A stretch of DNA of 64,000 nt from Eledone cirrhosa (GCA_964016885.1 OZ024755.1:4836001-4900000), one strand, 5' to 3'. Numbered from the stretch's first letter, positions 1 to 13,950 are shown. Notes: generated from the sequence alone by a model not told the origin. Numbers and translations: made by a program.

Positions 1-223
1 AATACCAACACAATTTAAAGATATATTTAAATGTTCAATGATTAATTTACTGGAGTAATTAACAATGTAGTAGGGAAAGACAATAGACAGATCAATATCA
101 AAATGAGAAAATCTCAAGGTGAGGAATGTCAATTATTATAGCTGTTTATTGAAGTTATTCCAAAGCAATGAAAGAGTAAAACGACCTAGGTGGCTTTGAA
201 TCAAAGAACTGTAGGTTTCTAAC

Positions 224-417
224 CAGCGTTGGACTTACCTAGAAGCTAAATAAGCTATAGCTTTAGGACTACACACCCTCGACAGCCTTATTTTAAAAAG
301 TATATATAAAAAATAATAATCATATATAATTATTTAAAATTTTTTTACCCAAATTTTTTTTAAAGGGTCTCAATTTTCATATAGCTTAGGGCCTCGTCAG
401 ATGAAAGTCCAGCCCTT
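224..417. mobile_element. hAT-like MITE
   Basis: Imperfect TIRs CAGCGTTGGACTT / AAGTCCAGCCCT, flanked by an 8-bp near-duplication TTTCTAAC / TTTCTAAT. An 8-bp TSD and CAG ends are typical of hAT elements. Confidence 0.6.
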
Positions 418-2267
418 TTTCTAATTTTCATGTATTGTTTTCAACTAAATAATTAATGAACATGATTAGTATTTTTTGAGCTGATTTTATAGTTATCTTT
501 CCCTAGTTACACCTCTGGTTGGGCAGGGGTACAATTTCACTGCTTACCATAGGTTCTATTTTCCCTAGTTCTGCCTCTGTATTCATGACATTTGTAGACC
601 TTTTAAGACTGTTAACGTTCCACTTATAATGTTACGAGTATGAGGTTGTTAACATTCCACTTATAATGTTACAAATTGACAGGAAAGACACAAGGAATTT
701 CAGTGATTTTCTGGGAATATATGACTGTGTATAGTGGTTAGTGTAGAGCCTGGATTGCTGGAATAGTAAAGGAGAGAGGCTTCCAGGGAAGATGGCATGA
801 GATCAGCCAACTATTGAGAGCAGAGGTCATTGTAGCAATGGTAGAAAAAAACAACAGAGAATGGAGGAAGTGTGTCTGGGAACCAGCTTGTTGAAAATAT
901 TGGTACATAGCAATGTGAATGATAGATAGATTGTTTTGAAAAGAAATAGAACTCTGGTTTTTCTAGTTTAATATATTAGTGTGAGTATTGTGTGAGGGTT
1001 TTGTAAATGGTGTTGTTTTAGAAAACATTTACCTTTTAAGAGGTTTGGGAGTTAGTTACATGCTGAGGTGATGCTTCTGTCATATTTTGTTGGTGTCCAC
1101 AATATATATATATATATATATATATTTCTGTGATAAAAGTACATCATTTGACAGTCATTCAAGCTTTAACTACAAAATAGAAGCCACCACATAACCTTTA
1201 CACTTGCCAAAATTGTTACCAAACCTCCTTCAGTTCATGTTACTCTTTTAGTCATGAGAATTTGTCATAGAATTCACAGTTTTTGTTTTTTATTGTCTTT
1301 CCAGGTTAAAATGTTTTGTATGTTTAGTTGCTATTTTAGGGGCTTTTTTTCTGATATGCATAACTGAACATTTTTAGGGAGTTAAAGTTACTTAAATCTT
1401 TTTGAAGTATAAACGTCTGGTTATCTGTTGCATGTTAACTCTTGGTACAATAATCTTCATTTGCATTGTTTCAATGTCTGTGCTGTGTGCATCAGTGTGT
1501 GTGTAAGGCTGTGTTGTGTGTGTGTGTGTGCATCAGTGTGTGTGTGTAAATCTGGCTGTGTTTAAGGCATCTGTAAACTCATTTATGTTTTGCGTTTTAA
1601 TATAATCATTTTAACATATGTAACAATGTATATTTTCCCTATGTATATTTAAACAACGTATCTTTTCTTTATATTTATTTTAAGATGCATTTGTCCTATA
1701 TTCAACAAATGAGAACAGATTTTTTCTACTTTTTCTTCATGTCTCGTCTCTTTTCTTATCTTAACATTTTATTTTTTTCACTGTCAGAAACTTCAACATA
1801 TTTTTCAAAAAAAATGTTTGAAATATATAGACAATTTTACAGCCTTTCAATGAAGTGACAAACACTTAGAATACTTATTATTTACAGATGACTGTCCCCA
1901 TTATTGAGGGGTTAGTTATGCCTGTTTTCTATTTTTTTATATTATCACAGTTTTCAGTAAAGTGTGAATATGTTATGACATGGCTAAATTTGACAGGCTA
2001 GAGAGGTATTTTCCAACTTAAATATCAACTAGATTTCATTCAAGATAACTTCAACAAGGTGACTGATTATGTGTGTATGTGTTTCACTTTTTATATGTCA
2101 ATGGTAAGTAATGTAGAGTAAATATAGAATGAACTAAACATCACAACTCCTATTTTCCTCTCAAATAGATTTAGTAGAACTGATTATTCACTGATAGCTT
2201 TGTATGCAGTAAGTTACTCAATTAATTCCATTTGATACATAATTACTGGTTAAAAATTACTGGTCTT

Positions 2268-2510
2268 CATCATCATCATCACCGTTTAACTTCTATTTTC
2301 CATGCTACCATGGGTTAGATAGGTTATCATATTTGAGGCAAGTGAAGGTCAGATAACCGTATCTTGTCTTGCTCATACAGAACTGTTTCTACAGCTGGAT
2401 GCCCTTCCTAATGCCAACCACATTTACAATGAGTACAGGGCGTTTTGTATTGTGGCACCAAAATGACCACTTTACAGTGTGGGCTGGGCACTTTTTGTTG
2501 CGTCACCAAA
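2268..2510 (-). mobile_element. SINE-like element with RTE-type 3' tail (family C)
   Basis: Minus strand contains GGTTGGCATTAGGAAGGGCATCCAGCTGTAGAAAC and ends AACCCATGGTAGCATGGAAAATAGAAGTTAAAC followed by a (GAT)n tail. Related copies at ~7690, 27180, 32560, 37655, 40975 and 61180. Confidence 0.7.
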
Positions 2511-2529
2511 TGGGTATATATTAAATATA

Positions 2530-3280
2530 GCCAATGGTGTCAATAATTGGTATATATGTATATAATAAAAGGTATTTATAATGGTTGTATATATCTATAT
2601 AATAAAAGGTATTTATAATGGTTGTATATATGTATATAATAAAAGGTATTTATAATGGTTGTATATATGTATATAATAAAAGGCATTTATAATGGTTGTA
2701 TATATGTATATAATAAAAGGTATTTATAATGGTTGTATATATGTATATAATAAAAGGTATTTATAATGGTTGTATATATGTATATAATTGTTTCTACATT
2801 TGGCACAAGGCCAGCAATTACCCAGTGTATTACTGGTACTTTATTTTATCGACCCCGAAAGGATGAAAGGCAAAGTTAACCTCGGCGGGATTTGAACTCA
2901 GAATGGCAAGGACCGTAACTCTATGCATCAAAGCATGGCGTCCGATGCTCTACTGATACTGCCAATCCTCCGCCCTTATATGTATATAATAAAAGGTATT
3001 TATAATAGGTGTATATATGTATATAATAAAAGGTATTTATAATAGGTGTATATATGTATATAATAAAAGGTATTTATAATGGTTGTATATATGTATATAA
3101 TAAAAGGTATTTATAATAGGTGTATATATGTATATAATAAAAGGTATTTATAATAGGTGTATATATGCATATAATAAATGGTATTTATAATGGGTATATA
3201 TATATAGATATGTATATAATAAACGGTATTAATAATGTGTACATATGTGTATAATAAAAGGCATTTATAATGGGTATATA
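2530..3280. repeat. ~35-bp AT-rich minisatellite split by a SINE
   Basis: Unit TATATATGTATATAATAAAAGGTATTTATAATGGTTG is repeated on both sides of the SINE at 2786-2977. Confidence 0.9.
2786..2977 (-). mobile_element. tRNA-derived SINE (family A), full length
   Basis: Minus strand has A box TGGCAGTATCAG, B box GAGTTCAAATCC and core GTTAACTTTGCCTTTCATCCTTTCGGGGTCGATAAAATAAAGTACCAG. TSD TATATGTATATAAT. Confidence 0.9.
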
Positions 3281-3566
3281 TACCTGACCTAAGATTAAAC
3301 GAGTATCTACACATTATTGTCAAATCTATTGTAAAAGAAAACTGAAAATAATATAATCTGTCTTTGATAAAGAATAAAGGTGTGTTTGTACCTACGTAAT
3401 GGTGTGTGTTAACACAGTTTCGTATCTACACATGTCATCATCATCAGCAGCAACATCTTATCATCATCTAATGTCTGTTTTCCCTGCTAGTACAGGTTGA
3501 ACTAATTCTATACACATATGTAAAGAATTAAAGAACACACACACACACATTATATATATATATACA

Positions 3567-3752
3567 GCGGTGGATTGGCAGTATCGGTAGAGAGTCGGAC
3601 GCCATGCTTTCCAGCATAGTTACGTCCCTTTACGGTCTGAGTTCAAATCCCGCCGAGGTTAACTTTGCCTTTCATCCTTACGGGGTCGATAAAACAAAGT
3701 ACCAGTAATGTACTAGGTAATTGCTGGCCTTGTGCCAACAGTAGAAACAATT
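3567..3752 (+). mobile_element. tRNA-derived SINE (family A)
   Basis: A box TGGCAGTATCGG, B box GAGTTCAAATCC, same core, 3' end GGCCTTGTGCCAACAGTAGAAACAATT. Inserted in (TA)n. Confidence 0.9.
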
Positions 3753-3855
<103 letters not shown>

Positions 3856-3924
3856 AGAGATCACAAAATATTGGGTGATATTTACCTCTAGCATTTACTG
3901 CTATTCCTCATAGATGGTACAGGT

Positions 3925-4227
3925 GTTAAAGTATTTGTGGTTAGGGAATTCGGCTCACAATTGTAAGGTTGTGAATTCAATTTCCAGCAGTGCAATGTGT
4001 CCTTGAGCAAGACACTTTATTTCACATTGCTCCAGTCCACTCAGCTGGCAAAAAATGAGTTGCACTTGTAAGTCGAAGGGCCAGTCTTGTCACATTCTGT
4101 GTCATGCTGAATCTCCCTGAGAACTATGCTAAAAGTCTTCATGTTTGAGGAATGCTCAGCTACTTGGACGTTAATTTCCGTTGATCAGATCAACTGGAAC
4201 ACTCATCGTCGTAACCGATGGAATGCT
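3925..4227 (+). mobile_element. tRNA-derived SINE (family B, CORE/V-like central domain)
   Basis: Degenerate A/B boxes, then GTGTCCTTGAGCAAGACACTT. The body matches the minus-strand copy at 51085-51304. Confidence 0.75.
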
Positions 4228-4509
4228 AAGAAGCTGAAAATAAGATAAATAAGTGATTATTGATCTGACTAACATTTCTACACCTACCTATAATTATAAA
4301 GATCTTGTTACCATTAGCTCTTGTAAGAATCTTTTAACTATAATTTACTGATTTCATGGTTCTAATGATTCAGTAATCATTGAAATTAAAAATATATCAT
4401 TCCAGAGATTTTGCTGAACATTTTAACCCTTTCATGATCGTATTTCTAATGAAATACACTTTATTTCAATTAATTAATTAGGAATTTGGGAAGACATCTT
4501 AACATTTAA

Positions 4510-4680
4510 TAATAATAATGATAATAATGAAAATTATTGTGTACAGTGCTCAGGTGAACTACAACTCATCAAAAGTGCATGTATAGTACATAGAATAATG
4601 TACAAATGTCAGGAAAGTGAACAGTGTATGAGTCATGATATACACACAGGTATATGCTTGCGTGTGTATGGAGCAGGTGT
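4510..4680 (-). mobile_element. CR1-type LINE 3' UTR fragment
   Basis: Near-identical to 16497-16640 (TGTGTACAGTGCTCAGGTG...CATCAAAAGTG). It sits between two copies of CCTTTCA...CGTATTTCTAATGAAATACAC from a piggyBac-like MITE. Confidence 0.8.
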
Positions 4681-4959
4681 CCTTTCAAAACCGTATTTCT
4701 AATGAAATACACTTTATTTCAATTAATTAGTATAAAATTTAGGAAGATTTCCTAAAATTATTATTTTATTACTAAAGATTATTTACTAAAGATTATTTTA
4801 TAACTTAAGATATGGTTCTGATATGAAATTATTTAAAATTTATAATAAAAACATAATTGGTGGTTGCAATGATGAAGCTTTCTCGAGTAATATCAGCGAC
4901 TGTTAAGTGTTTCAACAATGAACCAGAACCACATAAGGGATGTATGAGATTCAGGGAAG

Positions 4960-5035
4960 AGATGCTGTACTGAGAAGGACCCGTCCAACCCATTCAAGCA
5001 TGGGAAAACAGACGTAAAAATTAATGATGATTGAT
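4960..5035 (+). mobile_element. RTE LINE 3' tail fragment
   Basis: GATGCTGTACTGAGAAGGACCCGTCCAACCCATTCAAGCATGGGAAAACAGACGTAAAA plus a (TGA)n-like tail. The same tail is on the minus strand at 43676-43740. Confidence 0.55.
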
Positions 5036-5534
5036 GTAAAATTCTCCTCTGAAATATCAGTTTCTCTATGGATGATGTAGATTTCATATTTAAAAGAAAG
5101 GAGAAAAAAATAGTCGATTAAACTTAGCGATTATTATTTATCGATCCTCGAGGTGTGTGGTAAAGTTACAATTAGTGTGATCTGAAGTCGCCAGAAATGA
5201 TAGCAAAAATTCTAACAATTCTAACGCTTTTAGTCTCTCTACTCTTTCAGCCATTATAGTCATTTTGTCAAGGGAGGTAACTATTTCGAAATAATTAAAG
5301 AAATTGGAGTTACTAGCCTTAGATGCTTATAGGATATCATAAGAATGCAATAAAATAAACAACGAATCGTTCGACGTGTTAGAAATAGTAGCCAAATCTC
5401 CCTTAAATAACATAGAAAAGAAAGAAAACATTAAATAATGCTGTTTTTAGATATCCCTAAAAAGATATGATTATGGGAATTGGGATGTCTTTGATCATAG
5501 ATTCCTCGAGCATAGTTCTTTATTCGTTATTATT

Positions 5535-5648
5535 AAATCCCGCCGAGGTTAACTTTGCCTTTCATCCTTACAGGGTCGGTAAAATAAAGTACCAGTAATA
5601 CACTGGGATAATTGCTGGCCTTGTGTCAAAAGTAGAAACAATTATTAT
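5535..5648 (+). mobile_element. SINE family A, 5'-truncated
   Basis: Starts inside the B box (AAATCCCGCCGAGG) and keeps the core and 3' end. Confidence 0.85.
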
Positions 5649-5761
5649 TACTAATCAATCAACAATAATTTAAAAAAAACTATCTTTAAAAATTTAATTT
5701 GGTTTTGGATGAATGAATATTTAATGTTGTTATCAAGAAAATGCTGTTTACTACAGATATT

Positions 5762-5903
5762 CCCCCTCCATACACAAGCACGTGTGTGTGTGCTTATGTC
5801 TGTGTATATATCGTGACACATACACTGTTCACTTTCCTGATTGTTGTACATGATTCCATGTACTATACATACACCTTTGATGAGTTGTAGTGCACCTGAG
5901 TAC
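5762..5903 (+). mobile_element. CR1-type LINE 3' UTR fragment
   Basis: Reverse complement of the 4510-4680 / 16500-16640 UTR. A further short copy is at 14379-14432. Confidence 0.75.
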
Positions 5904-6484
5904 CACAACTTGGTCAGATTTGTCGAGTTCCATCTCACTCAGTAAAACAATGTCTGGGATTTTGTTGATTGATAACATTTCTGTTACTGCTGGTTAACGT
6001 AATTATTAATAACAATAATAATTTATTTCTACTGTCTCTACTTCGTTATCTTAGGTTAGATTAATTAGGTCAAGTACATCTCTTCCTACCACAGGGGAGT
6101 TGAGGATGGGTCAGCATTAGTTAAAGCAGTAGAATGGGGCTAAACTCTTGTTGTCAAATATTGGCACAACAGGTTTTGAATGGAAAGATGTAGTTAACTT
6201 ATATTGTTACTATGGAAACAAAATGGATGTTAAAACACACATACACATATATACATACACACAGAGAGAGATGCATATAGACACATAGATACACACATGG
6301 GCATACAGACATACACATGCAGGCTTACACACAGACACACACACTCGTACAGACAGACTGACTGACACCCACCCACAAGAGGCATATATACTACTACTCA
6401 TTCATTGACATTTCATCTGAATAGAAATATTCAATGAACTGATTGTACTTATCACACTTGTATCAGACAGACAGACAGACAGAC

Positions 6485-6536
<52 letters not shown>

Positions 6537-6615
6537 CAGTTCAAGATAAGACACATGCAGAGATACAATTACACAAAATCTCTTCTCTCTCTCTCTCTCT
6601 GTCTCTCTCTATCTC

Positions 6616-6667
<52 letters not shown>

Positions 6668-7839
6668 ATATATATCTATATATGTCCCACCCTTGCAAGC
6701 AGGGAAGAGCGGACGTAAAATGATGATGATGATATGTGTGTGTATGTACATATTTATATACACTCATTCACAGATAAATTTATACACATAAATTTATATG
6801 CAGCTGCAGTAACTCCTACTACTGCTACAAGAGTTGCACAATATTTGTTGTATTGCACAATATTTGTTGTATTGCACAATATTTGTTGTATTGCACAATA
6901 TTTGTTGTATTGCTTCAATTTACAGCTGCAACAAGAGGTTTTCTCACGTGGCTACAGTTGGAGACATTTTGTTCCAGTAACTATTATTTTACTTGCTACA
7001 ATCTTTCAATTCTTCTTTGAATCAAAGAATATTTTATTAGTGTTAAGGAATCATCCTTTAACTAACAATAAACATTGTTCTTTTATCATCTTTAGTATTC
7101 ATCATTTCAAATTTTCTCTCAATGTATGTGTATGTCTGTTGTGACCGCCCCCCTCCCCCATATCTTCCCCTGAAATGAAATGAAAAAGAAAAAAGGATCA
7201 TGCATCCAACGAAAGAAAGGGAGAGGGAAGGACAGATATTACACCCCAGTCTGAGCAGTGCCTCAGCAGCATCACTCAGACAAAATGGCAAAGGAATTAC
7301 CACAGAGAATGGCCAGAGAGACCCACTGCAAAATTAGTTAAATTGTATTAAATTTGTGTATTATGTTGAGTCCTTGTAATTTGCTGGGTTATTTAATTAA
7401 AATATATTTGCGTCATGTCACTGATCTCTGATCTGGGGACTATCACAGAGAACAAAGTCTGTTGCCCTGAGGATACTTAACATTTAGATTATGTTTATAA
7501 TCCTTTAATGAGTTGTCTTATGTAATTGGGAAATATATATTGTGAAGTACAGGAATACCTTTAGTTCATTTAATATATACAGGCAGCCTGGAGATAAGAG
7601 ATTATCCCAGTTCCCATCACATTAATGATAAATTATTGTAGTTATTGTAGATTTGTCAACACCTAGTGTTGGTAATCTACACAATTAACCACCACCCAGT
7701 ACACTTTGTAAAGGGGTTGGTTATAGGAAGGCCATCCAGCTGTAGAAAGCTTACCAAACAAAGGGCTGGAAGGACCTGTCAGTTGTGTTGAAGATATGAT
7801 GTGCCTAAATCAGAAATCATTCTTATTATTATTTTAATT

Positions 7840-8160
7840 ATTTGTTGAAAGGTGGGTGAGAGCGATAAGACTAGCCCGTGTGAGTAGGCATGTGCCTGTG
7901 GTATTGAGGGAAGACAACTGGGAGAGGGTGCTTTCCCTAAAGGTCAGGGTGACCATGGCTTTTGTAGGCTTTCTCCACAAGTAACCCTCGGTTGTCTCCC
8001 CCCATTGGGGAATTTGTTTTTGTTTCTATTTTTTTGTTACATCTTTTGTTATTGATATTGTGTTTCCTTTTATACATGCAGAAACCCTCATTTGTATCTT
8101 CCTGTACCATCCTTAATGTTTTCCTTTATGTAAAACCCTTCTGGTTAATAAAGAAATCAT
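7840..8160 (+). mobile_element. probable L1/Tx1-like LINE 3' end
   Basis: Short peptide FVERWVRAIRLARV followed by a T-rich UTR ending AATAAAGAAAT. Family assignment is from pattern memory only. Confidence 0.4.
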
Positions 8161-9145
8161 TATATTACTATAATTATTCTTCTTCTTCCCCGTGAATTGC
8201 TTAATAACATAATTTTTAGTAGCTTTCTAAATATCACGAGAGGGAATTGTAAATCCTGAGAAATATGTTTTGCTCAGATTACAAAGAAACTGTTAACTGA
8301 TTTAGTAAAGTTATGAGCAATAAATATTTCATGGAGGAAGTCCTCGAAATTGAACGTGAATTACAGTAAAAAGGAAATAACCAATTAGAATTTGCTAAAA
8401 GTTGTTTTCGATTGAAAGGATTAATGTCATTCTGTTTGGTTGTGGGAATAAAATAAAGTAAAAAAAAAAAAAAAAAGAAAACTAGAAATTTCTTTCCTGA
8501 TTTCTTTGTGTCATCATCATCATCAACTAAACCTACATAGGTGTTATTTGCAAAATTTTACATTTTTTATACATACACTATCATCATCATAATCATTATC
8601 ATTTTACGTCCATTTTTCTACACTCGGATCATCATCTAAATCTACGTAGGTGTTAACTGCAAAATTTTCCACATTTTTACACACACACAATCATCATCAT
8701 CATCATAAACATTTCCCACACTCACATACATTGAATGGGTTCTTTTTCAGCACAGCATCTCTCCATTTTGTATGGGGGGGGGGGGGATAGTTTCGATTTA
8801 GGAACACATCAAGTGACGAACGACCTTCAGGAATGAATTAAGTTCATGAACTGAGTTTCCACTGTACTTAGATTATGACTTTTTTAAAACAAGAGTGTTG
8901 ATCAGCAAGAGGTCTTTGTGTTCAGTTTTGTACATTTTCATTAAACAAAGTACTTAATTGTTTCAATAAAAACAAAAGAAATTACTAGATATTCATTCAT
9001 TTTCCTCAACATTCAATGGAAATATTTATTGATCAGTTTTTCTACCAGATTTAAAGATTTATTCATTCTTTTTAATTTGATTGATTTATATAATTCACTG
9101 AACATAATCTGTATGAGTGGCTCTGCTGCTTTCAGAACAAGCTAT

Positions 9146-9556
9146 GGATAGAAGACACCTTTCACTCTACATAAATAGGGCTTTATAGTGTGTGGGGACT
9201 ATAGTTATAGGTAGAAGACACCTTTATAGTATATGGGGACTATAGTTATAGATAGAACACAGCTTTATAGTATATAGGGACTATAGTTATAGATAGAACA
9301 CAGCTTTATAGTATATAGGGAGTGAAGCTATAGATAGAACACCCCTTTATAGTATATAGGGACTATAGTTATAGATAGAATACACCTTTATAGTATATGG
9401 GGACTATAGTTATAGATAGAACACCCCTTTATAGTATATAGGGACTATAATTATAGATAGAATACACCTTTATAGTATATAGGGACTATAGTTATAGATA
9501 GAATACATCTTTATAATATATAGGGAGTGAAGCTATAGATAGAACACCCCCTTTAC
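9146..9556. repeat. ~41-bp minisatellite
   Basis: About 10 copies of ATAGATAGAACACCCCTTTATAGTATATAGGGACTATAGTT with variants. Confidence 0.9.
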
Positions 9557-9662
9557 TCCACACAAGTGGTTCTTTATAGTATATTAGGGACCAGAGATTT
9601 CAGGGTATAAATGTTTCTAAGCAGCAATGAACCACACTTTAGATTATGTTTTAAGACAATTA

Positions 9663-10002
9663 CCATATATACTTGAATATAATGCAACCTCCCCACTATC
9701 TTATGTCTGAGAAATAGGCAAAAATTCAATCTCCATTTATAAACCGAGGCAGCTAAACAACACATTGTTTAGATGGTGTATATAAGCCAACCTCCCATTT
9801 TACCATTGATTTGTTTTGGTCACATGGCTTATATACAAGCCAACTACCATATTTTATGTCTGAGAAATAGGAGAAAATCCAAACCCCGTTTATAAACCGA
9901 GGCAGCTAATCAACACATTGTTTAGATGTTGTATATAAGCTAACCTCCCATTTTAACATCGATTTTTTTTGGGGGGGTCATGTATTCTTCAAGTATTTAC
10001 AG
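9663..10002. mobile_element. pogo/Tigger-like MITE
   Basis: TA-flanked TIRs CCATATATACTTGAATA / TTCTTCAAGTATTTACAG with an internal ~155-bp duplication. Related copies at 56992-57086 and ~14440-14610. Confidence 0.65.
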
Positions 10003-10641
10003 TAAATATAAAGATTCTATTGTTCACGTATTAAATTTAATCTGAAGTAGAGAGTAAAAACCAATTCTCATTCCTTACATGGTAGTTATATATCCACTAC
10101 TTAAATCTATTTTAAATTTTCTTTCTATTTCTTTCTATTAATTGAAAAACTTTTCACTAAAATTTAACTGCCTGTAATATGGGAATTGTTTTTAAGTGAA
10201 TAATTTAAAATTCTCTCTCCTCACTCTCTCTCTCTCCTTCTCTCCACTCTCTCTTTCTCACTCTCTCTTTCTCACTCTCTCTTTCCCACTCTCTCTTTCT
10301 CTCTTCTTCTCTGGAAGAGAAATCCACTGTAGTCAAACCTGGAGAGAGAGAGGCACTACCAGGTTTTAGGTCCCCAAGACACACCTCAATTCTATCAGGC
10401 GTTACAGAGTACATCACAAAGAATATGGTTTGGGAATGTATAAGAAAAAGAAACTGTCCATTGATATACATGAAACCCAGAATGTTTTGGTTTAGTAGAG
10501 TTGGTAGACAACTGAACTTTACTGGTTGAAACATTAAAGCTACACAACTGCTGAGGATTAATTCACACCAAAATAGTATTGCTTCTTCCTCCTATCTCTC
10601 TCTATATATATATATATTTCTCTCTCTCTATATATATATAT

Positions 10642-10723
<82 letters not shown>

Positions 10724-10727
<4 letters not shown>

Positions 10728-10860
10728 GAAGGAAATGTGGTAAGGAACCAGGTGGACCATAACGCACCAAAGTACTCAATACTTAGGGTAGTAGAGTGGG
10801 TAATAGGAACAAGTAAGACCCCGACGGCTGAGCTCAAGCCGTTTCGACAGCTAATTCTGT
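10724..10860 (-). mobile_element. (TA)n-embedded element with the 3' half of a hammerhead and the GTATTGAGTAC motif
   Basis: Minus strand GAAACGGCT-TGAGCTC-AGCCGTC gives a 6-bp stem III closing on GUC, followed by ACTCTAC...GTATTGAGTAC. (TA)n on both sides; the CUGANGA half is missing. Confidence 0.65.
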
Positions 10861-10948
10861 ATATAATATATGTGATGAGGATGATGATATATATATAGAG
10901 AGAGAGCAATATATATATATAGAGAGAGAGCAATATATATAGAGGGAG

Positions 10949-10984
<36 letters not shown>

Positions 10985-11088
10985 CAATATATGTAGAGGG
11001 AGATATATATATATGTATGATGAGGATGATATATATATTGCTCTCTCTCTCTATATATATATATATCTTTCTCCCTCTACATATATTG

Positions 11089-11128
<40 letters not shown>

Positions 11129-11146
11129 CTCCCTTTACATATATTG

Positions 11147-11178
<32 letters not shown>

Positions 11179-11260
11179 CTATCTCTCTCCCTCTACATAT
11201 ATTGCTCTCTCTCTCTCTATATATATATATATATCTATCTCTCTCCCTCTACATATATTG

Positions 11261-11292
<32 letters not shown>

Positions 11293-11390
11293 CTCTCTCT
11301 CCCTCTACATATATTGCTCTCTCTCTCCTACATATATTGCTCTCGCTCTCTCTCTCTCTATATATATATTATCTATCTCTCTCCCTCCCA
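10860..11390. repeat. compound (TA)n/(GA)n minisatellite with an internal inversion
   Basis: GAGAGAGCAATATATGTAGAGGGAG units at 10890-11010 are followed by their reverse complement CTCCCTCTACATATATTGCTCTCTC at 11035-11390. Confidence 0.8.
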
Positions 11391-11669
11391 CTACTTTCTA
11401 TCTCAGGGGTCTTAAATATCAAACCAAGTTGCCTTCCACCCTTCTCCCCTTCCACCCCTCTCTCCTTTACCCTTCTCCCTTTTCACTCATCCACCCCATC
11501 CCCTCCTACCCTTCTCCCATTCCACCCTCTCCCCTTTACCCTTCCACCCTTCTCTATAGTCTGGAGATGTTTCTGATATTTGTCACACTGAGTGAACATC
11601 AAGTACTTCATACACCCCACCACCACCATAGTATATCACTAGCAGCAGCCATTTTAACTTTACTGCTGC

Positions 11670-12098
11670 TACTAGTGGTGGTGGTGGTGATGGTAGTGAT
11701 GGTAGTGGTGGTGATGGTAGTGGTGGTGGTGGTAGTTGTGGTGGTAGTAGTAGTAGTGGTGGTGGTACTGGTATTGGTGGTGGTGATGGTGGTGGTAGTT
11801 GTGGTGGTAGTAGTGGTGGTGGTAGTTGTGGTGGTGGTGGTACTGGTATTGGTGGTGGTAGTTGTGGTGGTAGTAGTAGTAGTGGTGGTGGTACTGGTAT
11901 TGGTGGTGGTGGTGGTGGTGCTGGTAGTAGTAGTAGTAATAGTAGTAGTAGTATTAGTAGTAGTGGTAGCAGTAGTAGTAGTGTTGGTAGTGGAAGTAGC
12001 AGCAGTACTAGTAGTAGCAGCAGTAATAGTAGTAGTGGTGGTAGTTGTAGTAGTAGTAGCAGCAGTACTAGTAGTAGCACAGCAGCAGTAGTAGTAGT
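11670..12098. repeat. (GTG/GTA)n trinucleotide microsatellite
   Basis: Directly visible; produces the poly-V and poly-P pseudo-ORFs. Confidence 0.95.
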
Positions 12099-12413
12099 TT
12101 TCCTACCCTCCATCTACCCTCCATCTCAAGGTTCCATCATATTGTCTCTCTCTTCCCAAAACTTTGTTTCCCACCCAGAGATTTGGTTTTATTTTATTTT
12201 TGTTTTTCCTCTCATTTTTTTCTCATTTGTTTTATCTATTCTGTCTCTTATTCCTTTCAGGTTCTTATCTTTATCTTATCTTTATCTCTGCCTAACCCTA
12301 AACCTAACCCTTTTCTTACCATATTTCCTAAGACACAGCTTTGTGTTTCAATAACTTGAAAATAATCGAAAAGTTGGCAGGAATTTGATAAAATAGCTAA
12401 CTCTTTGTATTGG

Positions 12414-12590
12414 TGGTGGGTTGGCAGAATTGGTAGAGCGTCGGACACCATGCTTCATGGCATAGAGTTACGTCCCTTTATGTTCTTAGTTCAAATCCTG
12501 CCAAAGTTAGTTTTGCCTTTAATCGACTTTCCCCTCCTCCGTAAATTGTTCGCCTTGTGTCTAAATTTGTTCCAAATATCAACATTATTA
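12414..12590 (+). mobile_element. SINE family A, internally deleted
   Basis: A box TGGCAGAATTGG and B box TAGTTCAAATCC; core shortened. Confidence 0.8.
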
Positions 12591-12946
12591 AGTTGATATT
12601 TGGAACCTTACTAGTAAATTTCTCCCCAAACATAAAATCATGATGGAAAGTTTTAATAAGAATTTGTCATTTATACAGATATGAATGAGGACAGTAAGAA
12701 CATTAAAAAAAAGAAAACTGCTTCTGAATTAGATAAAACAAAACATGTCCTCCCAGGGCAATGTATTCTCCATCCTGTCAGCCGGGACCCAGAGGTGGAA
12801 GGTAAGATAGTTGGAGGTGGAAGATACTCTTCTAACATCACACATATACAAAACAGATAAAGAGAAAGAAACAATATTAGATAAAAAAGAAGTAGATTTG
12901 GCAGCCTCCTTCTAATACATTTTGAGACAGCCCAACACACTTTGAA

Positions 12947-12977
<31 letters not shown>

Positions 12978-12980
<3 letters not shown>

Positions 12981-13190
12981 TCTGTTCACTTTTTATGCGA
13001 ACTTGAAATACGCGGATTTGTTTAACGCCTCTTGAAAAAATATTATTAAATACTCACTGTGCGCGAATAACGTCTTATAATGTGTGGTTTTTAACTTTTT
13101 TATTTATCAGAAAATTAGACTTGAATTACACAAATTTGCTTTACGCGGCGCGTTCATGAATGCATCTTTGCGTAAAAAACAAACACACTG
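12978..13190. mobile_element. Tc1/pogo-type MITE
   Basis: TA-flanked imperfect TIRs CAGTCTGTTCACTTTTTATGCG / GCGTAAAAAACAAACACACTG; CpG-rich interior. Confidence 0.65.
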
Positions 13191-13584
13191 TATATGCAAA
13201 GCTTTCAAATGTACAGTTATTGTGGTGTTGTAAATAAATATATACATATATAAACCAGCTCCGAACACTGCCTCCATCTCTCCCACTCTCCCCATCTCTC
13301 ACTATTATGAGCAAATGGGGATCCAACCCTGTGACCCCAGCAGACAGAATAGAGAAAGCAGAAGGGTTACCATGACAATTAACCATTCTCTTAGAACAGC
13401 CAGGGTGGTTGGCATCAAAAGGGTTAATCTAACCAATCTCAGAACAACAGACTATTATAATTACTGTGGTGCTGCTCCTATTGTTGTTGTTGTTGTTATA
13501 TCAACTTAGTATTGTTTTTATTATTAACTGTGACAATCCTTTGACATTCCTTGTCTACCTGCAATTACTGTTTACTGTGATAGT

Positions 13585-13851
13585 GTAGCACCACCACAGC
13601 CACTATAACCATTACTGCTGCCACCACTACTGCTGCCATGACCACCACTACTACTATCACTACCACCACCACAACTACTACTGCTGCCACCACTACCACC
13701 ATTTCAACTGCCACCATCACCACTACTACTACTATCACTACCACCAATACTACCACCACCATTACAACACCCACTACTACCATCACCATTACAACACCCA
13801 CTACCACCACCACTACTATATATATATATACACACGCACACTTCTCTCTTC

Positions 13852-13883
<32 letters not shown>

Positions 13884-13915
13884 GTATATACACACTTCTC
13901 TCTTTCTATCTGTCT

Positions 13916-13950
<35 letters not shown>
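13585..13950. repeat. (ACC/ACT)n, (TA)n and (CA)n microsatellites
   Basis: Directly visible. Confidence 0.95.

Noticed and set aside
370-402. Minus-strand CTGACGA...GAAA motif
   Set aside because: No stem II closing next to GAAA and no stem I; it lies inside the hAT-like MITE.
3567-3660. tRNA genes
   Set aside because: The A/B boxes are SINE heads that continue into a shared core and tail, and no cloverleaf was found.
11013-12113. Long ORFs (187-315 aa; poly-V, poly-P, IY/LS repeats)
   Set aside because: Translations of microsatellites, like most ORFs in the track.
12290-12311. Telomere-like CCTAAC repeats
   Set aside because: Only 2-3 imperfect units within low-complexity sequence.
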